Of a stretch of DNA of 64,000 nucleotides, positions 37,976 to 50,861 are shown one piece after another (the stretch's first letter is position 1; each line of letters opens with the position of its first letter). The notes under the pieces are model-generated. The model was not told the DNA's origin, did not search any database, and saw only the letters and a program-made list of their open reading frames with translations. The DNA is from Mobula hypostoma (taxonomy: Eukaryota), in contig NC_086117.1 in NCBI RefSeq assembly GCF_963921235.1, positions 41,230,001 through 41,294,000 on the forward strand, written 5' to 3'. The translations under genes and the position numbers were made by a program.

Positions 37976-39263
37976 AACTACTGCAAAATGTGTATATGCT
38001 CACATGAAGCAAGGACAAAAATTCTGCCTTGCTATAAATGAAGGATATCCAATACCTAGCCTCAAATGAAAAATGATCAGTCACAGACAGTAACAGCATG
38101 ACACAGCCCCTTCAGCCCAGTGTCCATGCTGACCATTAATCTCCCAATTTACACTAGTCTTACATTAATCCCAATTTTTTTTCTCATCACATTCTCCTAC
38201 TCACCTACACACTGGGGTAATTTACAATAGCCAGCTAACTTAGCAATCCACACATCTTTGAGATGCAGCAGGAAATCATTCAGTGGGCTGCAATCATCGC
38301 GAGAAGAAATTTGTTGGTGCGGCAGGGTACGGTTTAAAAAGAACTCAGAGCCTTTCCATGGGCTGTAATCATAACGATCACTTAGGTACTCGGCAGGGAC
38401 CAATAAAAAGAAGCAAGGTGTGTGTGACCACTGTTGGAGTGGACAGTGTTAAGTGGCCACGCTTTGGCTCAATAGGCTTAGGCAAGAACTCAAGCCTGAG
38501 AAGTTAGGCAGGATGGTAGTTAAGGCTGTGGAGTGCTCGTCTTGTAAGATGTAGTGATGTAGTATTGCAGGGTACTGACTTATCTTCCTGATGACTACAT
38601 CTGCAGGAAGTGCACCCAACTTCAGCTCCTGACTGACAAGGGAAAGGAACTGGAGCTGGAGCCTGATGTATTCAGGACCATCTGGAGGCTGAAAGCCTCA
38701 TAGGTAAGACTTTTGCTGAGTTGATCATACCCAGAGTTCAGGTTTTAGATAGTAGGTGTGACTATCAAAAGTAGTAAGGGGAGTAAGCAATCAGCACAGG
38801 GTTCTCCTGTGGCCATTCTCCTCAGCAACAAGCATATCCTTTGGATACTGCTGGGCCAGAGGGGGGGCTGGTGGGAGAGCTAGGGGGAGATGACCTATCA
38901 GGGCAGAGCAGCAACAAACAGGCCAGTGGCACTGTGGCCATCTCTGAGGCTCAGGACAGAAGGGTAAAGTCAGGCACAGCGATTATGATAGAAGACTATA
39001 GCTATGATGGCTATGGGGATGAACAGATGCTAGGGTCCAGGATGTCTCAGAGTGGCAGCAGAAGATTTTGAAAAGGGAGGGTGAACAGCCAGAGGTCGTG
39101 GTGCACATTGGCACCAATGACATATGTAGAAAGGGAGAAGAGGCCTGAGCAAGGAATATAGGAAGTTGGAAGAGGCTGAAGAGTAGGACCTCCGAGGTAG
39201 TAATTTCTGGATTACTCTCAGTTTAGTGTACTAGCCAGGAAAGGAATAGGATGATAGTACAGA

Positions 39264-40414
39264 CCAGCACAGACAAAATGCTGGAAGAAATCAGCAGGTC
39301 AGGCAATATCAATGGAAGTGAATAAACTCAACGTTTTTGGGCGAGACCCTTCTCCAGGACTAGAAAGGAAAGGGGAAGACACCAGAATAAAAAGGTGGGG
39401 AGAGGGAACAGAGAATAACTAGAAGGTGATAGGTGAAGCCAAGTGGGTATGAAAGATAAGGGCTAGAGACAAAGGAATCTGATAGGACAGGAGAGTGGAT
39501 CATAGGAGAAAGGGAAGGGGGGGGACTCGGGGGAGGTGATAGGCAGGTGAGAAGAGGCAAGAAGTCACAATGGAGAATAGAAGAGGGGAGGGGGAGAAAA
39601 AAAATCAATATTCATGCCATCAAGTTGGAGGCTAGCCAGACGGGATACAAAGTGTTGCACCTCTACTCTGAGGATGGCCTCATCCTAACACAGGAGGAAG
39701 CTATGAACTAACATGTCAGAATGAGAATGGGAATTGGAATTAAAATATTTGGCCACCGGGAAGTTCCGCTTTTGACGTATCGAGCGGAGATACTCGACAA
39801 ATTTGCGACTTGTCTCACCAATGCACAGGAGGCCACCTCAAGAGCAGCAGACACAACAGATGACCACAGCAGATTCGCAGGTGAAGTGTTGCCCCACCTG
39901 AAAGGACTGTTTGGGGCCCTGAAAGGAGGTGAGAGAGAAGATGAATGGGCAGGTGTAGCACATTGGCTGCTTGCAGGGATAAATACCAGGAGCGAGATTA
40001 GCAGAGAGATATGAATGGACAAGGGAGTCACAGAGGGAGTAATCCCTGAAGAAAGCGGAGACAGAGATGAGGAAAAAATGTGTCTGGTGGTAGGTTCCCT
40101 TTGAAGATGATAGAAGTTGCAGGGATGATATGTTGGATGCAGAGGCTCATGGAGTAGTAAGGACAAGAGGAACTATCACTTTTAAGACGGTGGGAAAGTG
40201 GGGTGAGCACAGATATTCAGGAAATGGAGGAGAGGTGGGTAAGGGCAGCATCAATGGTGGAAGAAAGGAAACCCCACTCTTTAGAGGAGGACGACACTTC
40301 TGACATCCCGGAAAGGAAAGCCACATCCTGGGAAAAGATGAGGCAGAGATGAAGGAACTGAGAAAAAGGAGGAGCATTTTTACAGGCGACATGGTAGGAA
40401 GAGGTATAGTCAAG
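39264..40414 (-). mobile_element. Penelope-like element nested in CR1 ORF1
   Basis: 9-bp TSD TAGTACAGA at 39255-39263 and 40415-40423. Removing the insert restores the CR1 ORF1 reading RNRMIVQMDEWLRKWC. Confidence 0.88.
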
Positions 40415-41047
40415 TAGTACAGATGGATGAGTGGCTGAGGAAGTGGTGCAGGGGATAGGGTTTCAGATTTCTGGATCATTGGGATCTCTTCTTATATCTT
40501 CTGCAGGACGGTTTATACCTGAACCCAAGGGAGACCAATATATTTGTGGATGGATTGCTAGAGCTGCTGGGGAGGGTTTAATCCAATTTGGCAGAGAGAT
40601 GGAACTGGAGTGATAGGGCTGAGGAGGGGGCAGTAGGTATACAAGTTGATGCATTGTGCAGTGAGACAGAGAGGACAGGCAGATGATAGGGCAAAATTGC
40701 AAAATTGGGATGAGTTGAAGTATAACATGAGGGCAAAATCGAAAAAATTGATGAATTCACGACTGAAGGTGCTATATTTGAATGCTTGTGGGATACGGAA
40801 TAAGGTAGATGAACTTGTAACAGTTAGAGATTGTCAAGTAAGATGTTGTGCACATCACAAAGTCATAGCTGAAAGAAGATCATAGTTGAGAGCTTAACAT
40901 CCAAGGACACGTATTGCATCGAAAGGACAAATATTAAATCAAATCGTTAGAAAGAAGTGATGTAGGATCAAAAGATGTAGAATCTTTGTGGGTAGAGTTA
41001 AGAAACTGCAAGGGTAAAAACACCCTGATAGGAGTTATATACAAGCC

Positions 41048-41560
41048 TCCATCGAGTCAACTTTGTTCATCTCCTCTCTCTTATCTCTGTAATTCCCTTT
41101 ACTCCATTGTAATACTGAAACATTTGACCTTTATTTTCTCCCCCTCAAACAGTAGCAAGGAAATGGAATATAAATTACAATAGGAGATTAAATAGTAATA
41201 TAAAAAGGGTAAAGTTACAACAGTTATGTGTGAATTTCTATATGTACATAGATTGGAAAAATCAAATTTGTGCTAGATCCCAAGAGAGATTTTGTAGAAT
41301 GCCTACAACATGGTATTTTAGAGCAGTTTGTGGTTGAGCCCACTACGGGAAAGGCAATTCTGGATCGAGTGTTCTATAATGAACCAAATTGGATTAGGGA
41401 ACTTAAGGTAAAGGAACCCTTGAGAGGAAGTAATCATATTATAGAATTCACCCTGCCATTTGAGGGGGAGAAAATAAAGGTCAAATGTTTCAGTATTACA
41501 ATGGAGTAAAGGGAATTACAGAGATAAGAGAGAGGAGATGAACAAAGTTGACTCGATGGA
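41048..41560. repeat. Perfect 102-bp inverted repeat (41048-41149 vs 41459-41560)
   Basis: Base-by-base comparison by eye shows no mismatch; 309-bp spacer. Confidence 0.95.
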
Positions 41561-43340
41561 AACACTTGCAGGGGTAACATCAGAACAAGAAAAGGTGCCC
41601 AAATTTGCCCTTTTTCTTACAATTTGGAAGGTGCAGGATAGAAGCATTCCAAAAATGAAGAAGTATTCTAAAGGAAGAATAAGTCAATCATGGCTGACAA
41701 AGAAAATCAAAGGAAGCATTAAAGGAAAAGAGAGGGCATAAAATATTGCAAAAATTAGTGGGAAGTTAAGAGCATTGGAAGCTTTTAAAAAACAAAGAAG
41801 GCAACTAAAAAAGCCATAAGGAGAGAAAAAATGAAATATGAAGGTAAGCTAACCAATAATATAAAAGAGGAAACCAAAAGTTTCATATTTTTATAAAATA
41901 AATAAAAAGAGGTGAAAGTGGATATTAAACTGCTGGAAAATGCCACCAGAGAGGTGATAATGGAGGTTCAGAGAAATTGCAGACTGACTAAACAAGTATT
42001 TTGCATCAGTCTTCGCTGTGGAAGACATTAACAGTCTGCCAGAAATTCAAGTGTGTCAGGGGTGAAAAGTGAGTGTAGCTGCTATAAGTAAGAAGTCACT
42101 TCAGAAGCTGAAAGGTCTAAAGGTAGGTAAGTAACCTGGAGCAGGTGAACTATACCCCAGGGTTCTGAGAGAGGTAGCTGAGGAAATCTTGAAGGCATCA
42201 GTAATGAGCTTTCAAGAATCACTAGATTCTGGAATGGTTTTGGAGTACTGGAGAATTCAGTCCACTCTTTAAGGAAGGGAGGCAGAAGAAAGGAAATTAT
42301 AGGCCAGTTAGCCTGCTTCAGTGATTGGGAAGTTGTTGCCATCCATTATTAAAGATGAGGTTTCGGAGTACTTGGAGGCACAAAATAGGCCAAAGTCAGC
42401 ATAATTTCCTTAAAAGAAATGCCTGGAATTCTTTGATAAATAACAAGCAGGATAGACAAAGGAGTCAGTGGATGTTGTTTATTTGGATTTTCAGAAGGCC
42501 TTTGACAAGGTGCTGCACAAGAGGCTGCTTAAGATGATCAGAGTCCATGGTAGTACAGGAAAGATACTAGCATGGATAGAAGATTGGCCGACCGGCAGGA
42601 GGCAAAGAGTAGGAGTAAAGGGTTCCTATTCTGGTTGCCTGCCGATGACTAGTGGCATTCCGCAGGGGTCAGTATTGGGACTGTTTCTTTTTACATTATA
42701 TGTCAATGATTTAGATGATTGATTTGATGGCTTTGTAGCCAAGTCTGTGGTTGATGCAGGGGCTGGTAGTGGGAGCAAAAGGTATTGGGACCACTTCCTT
42801 TCACATTATACAGTATGTCAATGATTTGGATGACAGAATTGATGACTTTCTGGCCAAGTTTGCAGGCGATACAAAGATAGGTGGAGGGACAATTCTAGAG
42901 ATTGCCATGAAGGAAAACATCAGCTCCAAACCTACCCCTTAAGAATGCTGTATGTTTTCAATTAGATTACCTCTCATTCTTCTAACACCACAGATTATAG
43001 ATGCAATATGCTTCTCTTCCCTCCTCCAACAGATCCATCACCACAAGCATCCCAGTCTCACCAGTAATTAACACCAGTATGGCAACCCCAATCCCAGGTA
43101 TTCTAACCTTGAGAAATACAGTAACATTAAATGGAATCTTACAGAAGTCTGAAAACCTCAATATAGCACATCAACCAATTTATCCTTATCCATTGTTAGC
43201 TACAATGTCAACCAAAAGTTGCGAAATCTATAAAACAAGGCTACATTTGATAATTCCCGGTTAATATTTTTCAAATTCCCAGTTACCAGTTCCATGACGA
43301 TTTCAATGTTTTCCCCACCACAGAAAAAAAATACGCATAC

Positions 43341-43428
43341 CTCACATGGTGTTAGGTTACACAGCTCCAGACTTCCTTCAGCATTCACTATTCCAAGTAC
43401 AGGGTACCCAGCTATTGGCACATGGCAC
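43341..43428 (-). CDS. DPH7: DPH7 coding exon 3
   Basis: TTGTAG|G CHVPIAGYPVLGIVNAEGSLELCNLTPCE|GTATGC. Confidence 0.95.
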
Positions 43429-43959
43429 CTACAATTGAGATAACTTTAGATTACACTCCAACTTTCAGAAAAAGATATCTCATAAACTGAAATTTTGCAC
43501 AACTCCTCCATGTATTCATGAGAATCATTGCTGCTGTCTCAAAAGAATGCCCACAATACACTACAGAGGCCTGTGGACATAGCTCAGCACATCACAGAAA
43601 CTAGTCTACCATCCACAGCCTGTCTTCAGTTACTGCTGCTTCCCTACAATCAAAATCCCAGCTCACCATGGACATTCTCTTTTCTGCCCTCCTCCCATCA
43701 GACAGAAGATACACAAGGCAAAAAAAAAATGCCACTATTATAAGACAATTGACAAGTTTCCCACAAGATGGACTCTTGACCTCACAATCTACATTATGAC
43801 CTGACACCTTATTGTCTACCTGCAATGCATTCTCTAACCGTAACATTACATTCTGCACTTAGTTATTGTTTTAGCTTTCACTACCTCAATGCATTTTTGT
43901 AATGAGTTGATCTGTATGAATGGCAAAAAACGATCGCAGAGGGGAGCAAAACATCCAGG

Positions 43960-46900
43960 GATATAAATGATATTGAAAAGGCAGGTAGGTGTGCAGAGTA
44001 GATGGGATAGCTCTGTTGGTGCAAAACATAATCAAGTCTTTAGCAAGAAGTGACACAGGATCAGAAGATTCCTATGTAGAATCCTTTTGGGCAGATTTAG
44101 GAAACTTCAAGGGAAAGAAAGACCCTGATAGAAGTTATATACAGACCTCCAAATAGTAACCAGGATATAGGGTACAAATTATAACAGGAGGTAGAAAAAG
44201 GAATGCAAGAAGGCATGGTGAGGGGAGGGAGATGGAATTTCAATATGTAGGTATACTGGGAAAATCAGGTTGGCATTGGATTCCAAGAGAATGAATGTAT
44301 GAATGTGTAGAATGCCCACAAGACAGCTTTGCAGAGCAGCTAAAGCTAGGTAAAAGGCAATTCTGGGTAAGATGTTGTGCAATGAACTAGAACTGATTAG
44401 GGAGCTTAAGATAAAGGAACCCTCAGGAGAGAATCATCATAATAAAATCAAGTTGATCCCACAGTTTGAAAGGGAGAAGTTAAAATTTAATCTATTGGTT
44501 TTACAGTTGAGTAAAGATAACTACAGAGACACAAGAGGAACTGGCCAAAGTTGATTGGAAGGAGACCCTGGCAGGGATGACAGTAGAGTAGCAATAGCAG
44601 GAGATTCTGCAAGTCATTCAGAAGATGCAAGATAATTTCATCCCAGAGAAACAGCAGCATCATGGGGGGGGGGGGGGGGGGAGATGAGACAACCATGGCT
44701 GACAAGCAAAGTCAAAGACAGCATAAAAGAGAGGACATGCAATATTGCAAACATTAGCAGGAAACTAGAGGACTACAACTTTTAAAAACCAGCAAAAGTT
44801 AAATAAAAAAGCAACAAAGGGAGAAAAGTAAATATGAAAGTTAGCCAATAATATAAAATAACCCACTGCAATTTGCTTATGGCCACAACAGGTCTATGGT
44901 GGATGCAACCTCACTACTTCTCCACTCAGCTTTGGACCACCAGGAAAATAACACCACCAAAATCAGGCTACTATTTATTGATTACAGCTCTGTATTCAAC
45001 ACCATCATACCCCCAGTACAAATAAATAACCTCCAAAACCTGGGCCTTTGTACCTCCATCTGCAACTGAATCCTTGACTTCCTTATCAGGAGTCCACAGT
45101 CAGTGCGGACCAGAAATAATATCTCTTTGCTTACGATCAACATTGGCGCACCTCAAGGATTCGTGCATAGCCCACTGTTCTGCTCCTTTTACACCCATGA
45201 CTGTGTGGCTAGGCAAAGCTCAAATGCCATCTATAAATTTGCCGATGACAACTGTTGTTGGCAGCATTTCAGATGATGACAAAGAGGGTACAAGAGCAAG
45301 ATAGATCAGCTGGTTGAGTGATTTTTACAACAACAACCTTACACTCAACATCAGTAAAATTAATTGTGAATTTTAGGAAGAGGAAATCGAGGGAACACAC
45401 ACCAGACCTCATCAAGGGATCAGAAGAGCAGCTTCAAGTTCCTGGGAGTCAACATCTCTGAAGATCTACCCTGGGCCTAACATTTTGATGCAAATATGAA
45501 GAAGGTACACCAGTAGCTACATTTCATAAGGAGTACAAGGAGATTTGGTAAATCACCAAAAACACCAGCAAATTTCTACAGATGTACAGTGGAGAGCATT
45601 CTATCTGATTACATAAGCATCTAATATGGGGGGGGGGGGGGGGCGGCAATGCACAGGATCAGAAAAAAAATACAGAAAGCTACAAACTTGGCCAGCTCCA
45701 TCATGGGCACTAGCCTCCCTAACAAAGATAAAAAGTGATGCCTGAAAAAGGCAGCATCTATAATTAAGGGCCCCATCTTCTCAATGAAACCATTAAGGAG
45801 GCAGTACAGGAGCCTGGAGAGAGATAAACAACGTCTTAGGAAGAGCTTTTTTCTCCCCATCATATTTCTGAACAGACAATGAGTCGAAGTACACCACCTC
45901 ACTTCTTTTGCTCTTTTTTTGTTCTACTTATTTACATAATTATCTATCTATCTCAATTGGGCCATCAGTTACTTGGGGCTGCCGGTTATTTGGAAAAACT
46001 CTTAAAGAATAAAACCTAATCAAGAAAATATCCGGTATTCCGTTCATTAATTTGAGACATTATGCTACTTAATTGGGACAGAAGACTATTGCAGAACATT
46101 TTCTGTCAGTCATATCGGAACATTATCAGTCATATGTGTTTGTGTGGCCTGAAACAGCCCAAAGTGAAAATCAAACGATTTCACAAGTTAAAAACTATGA
46201 AGAATTTGAAGGTATTGGCAATAAATTTGAAGATATCAACAATCTTGAATGTTACCTTTAGTCTCCACCAGACACATGGCTCTCACCTGTGAATCAAATA
46301 GCTGTTTTCATGCAACAGCAGCCACAGCCCAATGCACCACACTTTGAAGGGCAGGATAAACCAGGTGAGGTCATCCAGCAGATCTCATACTCCGATGAAA
46401 TAGGGACATGCCTGCCTTTCTCTATGTACAGTCATTTTCAAGTGGTCTGATACTTAGACACACGCAGTACAAGAGAAACAAAAGTAGATATTTGACCACT
46501 GGAAAATGACATTGGAGAAGTAATAATGGAAACAAAGAAATGGCAGATGAAATGAATAATTATTTTGCATCAGTTTTCACTGTGGAAGGTGACAGCAACA
46601 TGCCAGAAATTCTAAAGCGTCTGGGGGTAGAAGTGAACATTGTCGCTATTACTTGGGAGAAAGCACATTGGACATGAAAGCTCTGAAGATGGATAAGTCA
46701 CCTGGATAAAACTGACTACACCCTACTGCTCTGAAAAAGGCAGCTAAAGAGATTGTGGGGGCACTTATAATAATGTTCCAAGAATCACTAAATTCTTGAA
46801 TGCTTCCAGAGGACTGAAAAATGTAAAATGTCACCCCACTCCTTAAGAGGACAAAGCAAAAGACTATAATCTGACATCAGTGGTTGGTAAGATTTTAGAG

Positions 46901-47035
46901 TCCAATATTAAGAATGAGGTTTGGGAATACTTGGAAGCACATGACAAAACAGGCCAAAGTCAGCATGGTGTCCTTAAGGGGAAATCTTGCCTGACAAATC
47001 TGTTGGAATTATTTAAGGAAGTAACAATCAAGATT
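43960..47035 (+). mobile_element. Mosaic of degenerate CR1 (about 43960-44860 and 46460-47035) interrupted by Rex1-like sequence (about 44860-45900) and another remnant
   Basis: CR1 APE/linker similarity (LCNELELIRELKIKEP) resumes at 46460. Rex1 motifs GATTACAGCTC...TTCAACACCATC and AAATTTGCCGATGAC lie in between. Confidence 0.75.
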
Positions 47036-48063
47036 GCATTTGGCATTTCCGGATGAACAAGTCTGAGTCCTCACCAATTCTCCACTATCACAGAAGGTAG
47101 TTTTTAGCCAGTACGGTTCTTGATACCACCAGGACTAAAATGGTACAGTACACAGATATAGCAAGGACTATAGGGAAAAAACAATATCCTTGCTACTGTA
47201 ATGACGTGCTCCAGAACTAAACGTGTCTCCAGAATAATTATAACACTGGCACCTATCCAACAATCTGGATAATTGTCGAGTGTGTCATGCTTACAAAAAA
47301 GCAGGGGAATCCGATCTAACCAATTTACACCCTATCAGCTATCAGCCACTTATCAAGCATTCTTATTCACTAAAATCTGCTCACTGATTACCTGTCTTAT
47401 AATCAGTGAGCAGATCTATTAGGTGTGGCTTCATCATATGTCTTCAGGCCCTAGCTATGGGTTGATGTGGATTCCAGAGATGAGGCAAGAGTGACTGTCC
47501 TTAAAATAAAGAGAGAATTTGCTGAGCCATAATTTGCACAGAGGAAGACGGATGTTTATTGTTATAGCCCCAAGACATTACTGAAGGAGTTCCTCAGGGA
47601 CAATTATCTTCAAATGCTCAATCAACAGAGATGATCACTAATAAGATGATCAATTCCATTAGTGCCTCAAAACAAAATGAAGTAGTCCAAGCCTGCAAAC
47701 AGCAAGAGCTAGCAAACTCATGAGTAACACCATACAAGTATCATTAACAATCACTTCCAACAAAACACAATCTAATCACCTATCCTCGACATTCAAGGCC
47801 ATTACCAAAAAACTGAAGAAAACAACTGCAGTGAACATTCACCTAGTGCGTGCTCATTGACACAGACATAATTAAGAATCCTGGACTGCCAGCAGGCAGC
47901 TATGTATCTCAAAATAAATAAAATAAATATCATTTTAAGAACTTTATGGAAGTGTAAGACTCTTCCCTCTAAATCTTTAAGACTTCTATAACTTTATTTA
48001 ACAGGAGAGCAGTGCATAAACAGATAAACCTGCTGAGCTACCAGTCAGACCAGTTCCCAGCAA

Positions 48064-48985
48064 TACACTCAAAATGCTGGAGGAACTCAGCAGGCCAGGC
48101 GCCATCTATGGAAAAAAAGTCCTGCCAAAGGATTTCAGCCCAAAACATCGACAATATTCTTTTCCATAGATGCTACCTGGCCTGCTGAGTTCCTCCAGCA
48201 TTTTGCATGTGTTTCTATGGAAAAGAGTACAGTCAACGTTCCAGGCCAAGACCCTTAGACAGAACTGGAGAAAAAAAGCTGGAGTGGACTTAAAAGGTGG
48301 GGGAGGGGATAGAGAAACACAAGGTGATAGGTGAAACCTGAAGGGAGAGGGATGAAGTAAAGAGCTGGGAAGTTGATTGGTGAAAGAGATAAAGGGCTGG
48401 GGAAGGGGGAGTCTGATAGAAGAGGACAGAAGGCCATGGAAGAAAGGGAGGAGGAGCAACAGAGGAAGGTGATGGTCAGGCAAGGAGATAAGGTGAGAGA
48501 GGGAAAAGGGGATGGGAAATGTGAAGGAGAGGAGAGAAGGGGCCATTACCAGAAGTTCGAGAAATCGATGTTCATATCGCCAGGTTGGAGGCTACCCGGA
48601 CGGAGTATCAGGTGTTGTTCCTCCAACCTAAGTCTGGCCTCATTACAACAGTAGGGGAGGCCATGGATAGACATATTGGAATGGGAATGGGAAGTGGAAT
48701 TAACATGGGTGGCCACTGGGAGATCCTGCTTTTATCGGCAGACAAGAGCGTAGCTGCTTAGCGAAGGAGTCTCCCAATCTACAACAGGTCTCACTGATAT
48801 ACAGGTGGCCACACCAGGAGCACCAGACACAGTATATGACCCGAACAGACTCACAGGTAAAGTGTCGCCCTACCTGGAAGGACTGTTTGGGCCTTGGATG
48901 ATAGTGAAGGAAGAAATGTAGGGGCAGGTGTAGCACTTATTCTGCTTACAAAGACAAGTGCCAGGAGGGAGATCAGTGGGGAGGG
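48064..48985 (-). mobile_element. Penelope-like element 3' part with inverted terminal duplication
   Basis: Minus ORF 48700-48936 PKQSFQV...FTCESVRVIYCVWCSWCGHLYISET...RLGDSF (GIY-YIG). 48068-48114 is inverted at about 48160-48208. Confidence 0.88.
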
Positions 48986-50116
48986 ATGTTTCCTCCTGCA
49001 TTATATCCCCTCCCTTAAGAAGCAGTCCATCAGCTTAGTCAAACTATTATCCAAGATCAGAAGAACAAGGATTATAAAAAAATACAAATTAAACACTAAA
49101 ACATTTTTAAAAATTGCACAGAAAATATCAGTGTTTTCCCATATATGGTCTGACAAATGAAGAGGAGCATCGTGAATGGGTGTTTCTTGTACATCAAACA
49201 AGAAATTATAAAGCAATTAATTAGGAAGGCAAATGAGTGGTCATTATCAGAGATCCCCACCACCCAGGTCACGCTCTCTGCTTACTACTGCCATCAGGTA
49301 AAAGGTACAAGAACCTCAGGACTCGCACCACCAGGTTCAAGAACAACTACTACCCTTCAACCATCAGACTTGAATAAAAGATAACTATACTCACTTAACC
49401 CACATTTGAAAAGTTCTTACTTTAAACGGTTCTTTAACTCACTATTTAATGCTATTTATTTATATTTGCATTTGCACAGTTTGTTGTCTTCCACACGCTG
49501 GTTGATCTTTCATTGATCGTGTTACGGTTACTATTCTATAGATTTACTGAGTATGCCCACAAGAAAATGAATCTCAGGGTTGTATATGGTAACATACATG
49601 TACCTTGACAATAAAACTTACTTTGAACAAGGGCAATAAAATACTGAAATAATGAAGTCATTCTGCAGTTTATAAGGCATTGACACAATCATACCCAAGG
49701 TACTGTCTACAATTTGGACTCCCATCCAAAAAATTAATGCATATTTGAAGGAGTTCAGAGAAATTTACCATTGATTCCTGCAATAAAACAGCTGTCTAAG
49801 GTGCAAAGGATGAGTAGATTGGGCCTATGCTCAATGGAGTTTAGAAGAATGAAGGACGAATTTCTTCTCTCAGACTCCAGAATCTCTGGACTCTATATTG
49901 CAAGGGATGAATTATTGAACTATATTCAAAAGCTGAGACAAAAAGATTTTTGAACTATAGAGGAGACAAGTTATATGGGCAACAGCTGGAGGAGAAGATT
50001 TGAGCTGATATCAGATTACTATGATTTTATTCAATGGTGGTGTAAGCTTTAGGTATGTTCTATTCCTGCTCCTAATTCCCTATTTGATACTTTACACCTG
50101 TCTCTTTAATGCTTAC

Positions 50117-50256
50117 CATTTGAGATCTAATATTGCAGGCATTTCAATCCTTTGTACCTCCGTTAATGGAGAATAAAGCTGTTTCTGTTGAAAGCAGTAT
50201 AGGTAAAGGCGCCCCTGCCGGAGCTGGGGCTCATTAATTTCTGAGTCTCCTGAACC
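50117..50256 (-). CDS. DPH7: DPH7 coding exon 2 (missed by the ORF track)
   Basis: TTTCAG|[48 protein letters not shown]|GTAAGC. Confidence 0.96.
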
Positions 50257-50720
50257 CTGAAAGGTCAAAGTTACAAAGAAAATTTGTTAAAACTTTAATA
50301 AGACAATATAAGACATCTAAATTCAAGACATCTCTCTGTTGTAAAATTGTTTGAGTGAATTCTTTGAACCATGAAATGAATCACAGTTAAATCTGATCCT
50401 ATCCTCTATCTCTATAGAATCATTGTGCAAGAAATCAATGGGTAGCAATGAAACAATGCTATTTTATTATACTCCACAGGCCGGTTCTCAGGATAATTGC
50501 AGTAACCCTACTGCAGACTAGAAAGATCACCAGAGGCTCAGATTGAATCACTGACCTTCTAAGTCTGCACTAAGTATTTACTGTTACTCCCATTTGAATC
50601 ATTAGAAACCTGAAATCCATTGCAACCTTCAAGATAGGAAAGGCCACAACATTCCTAAAAATAACCAAAGTGAGACTAATATGCAAGAACAAAAGTCTCT
50701 TCCTGTAAATAGCACTGTAC

Positions 50721-50861
50721 CTTCTCCTCAGGATTCTTTAATTGATAAGTACCACAGGTTAGTACATTATGAAACTTGTCAATAGGGCACCACTCCACAG
50801 CATCTGCACTGTACTCTGTGTCCACCACCTGCAGGGTTCGAGATGTACATCGAGTGTCCAT
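50721..50861 (-). CDS. DPH7: DPH7 coding exon 1 (exon including 5'UTR starts at 50915)
   Basis: MDTRCTSRTLQVVDTEYSADAVEWCP...LTCGTYQLKNPEEK|GTACAG. Upstream acceptor TTTTTCAG| at 50916/50915. Confidence 0.96.

Larger units (their letters stand above)
38280..42890 (+). mobile_element. Old CR1 with 5'UTR, ORF1 and ORF2 up to the RT core; interrupted and heavily mutated
   Basis: ORF1 remnants (CRKC zinc finger, HIGTND), then LYLNACGIRNK, WVELRNCKGK and DVVYLDFQKAFDKV. The 5'UTR has two related units of about 73 bp. Confidence 0.88.
21708..50861 (-). other. DPH7: DPH7 (diphthine methyltransferase/methylesterase, WDR85) coding span, 9 exons, 465 aa
   Basis: Exon lengths 141+140+88+92+158+73+66+173+467 = 1398 nt. 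All phases are compatible, introns are GT-AG, and motifs are collinear with human DPH7. Confidence 0.96.

Noticed and set aside
42670-42890. Apparent direct duplication of the RT core (VNDLDD twice)
   Set aside because: The two copies are diverged; probably adjacent CR1 fragments or an old duplication.
44664-45643. Poly-G runs (G18 at 44664, G16 at 45628) as functional G-quadruplexes
   Set aside because: Homopolymer expansions inside decayed TEs; lengths unreliable and no sign of function.
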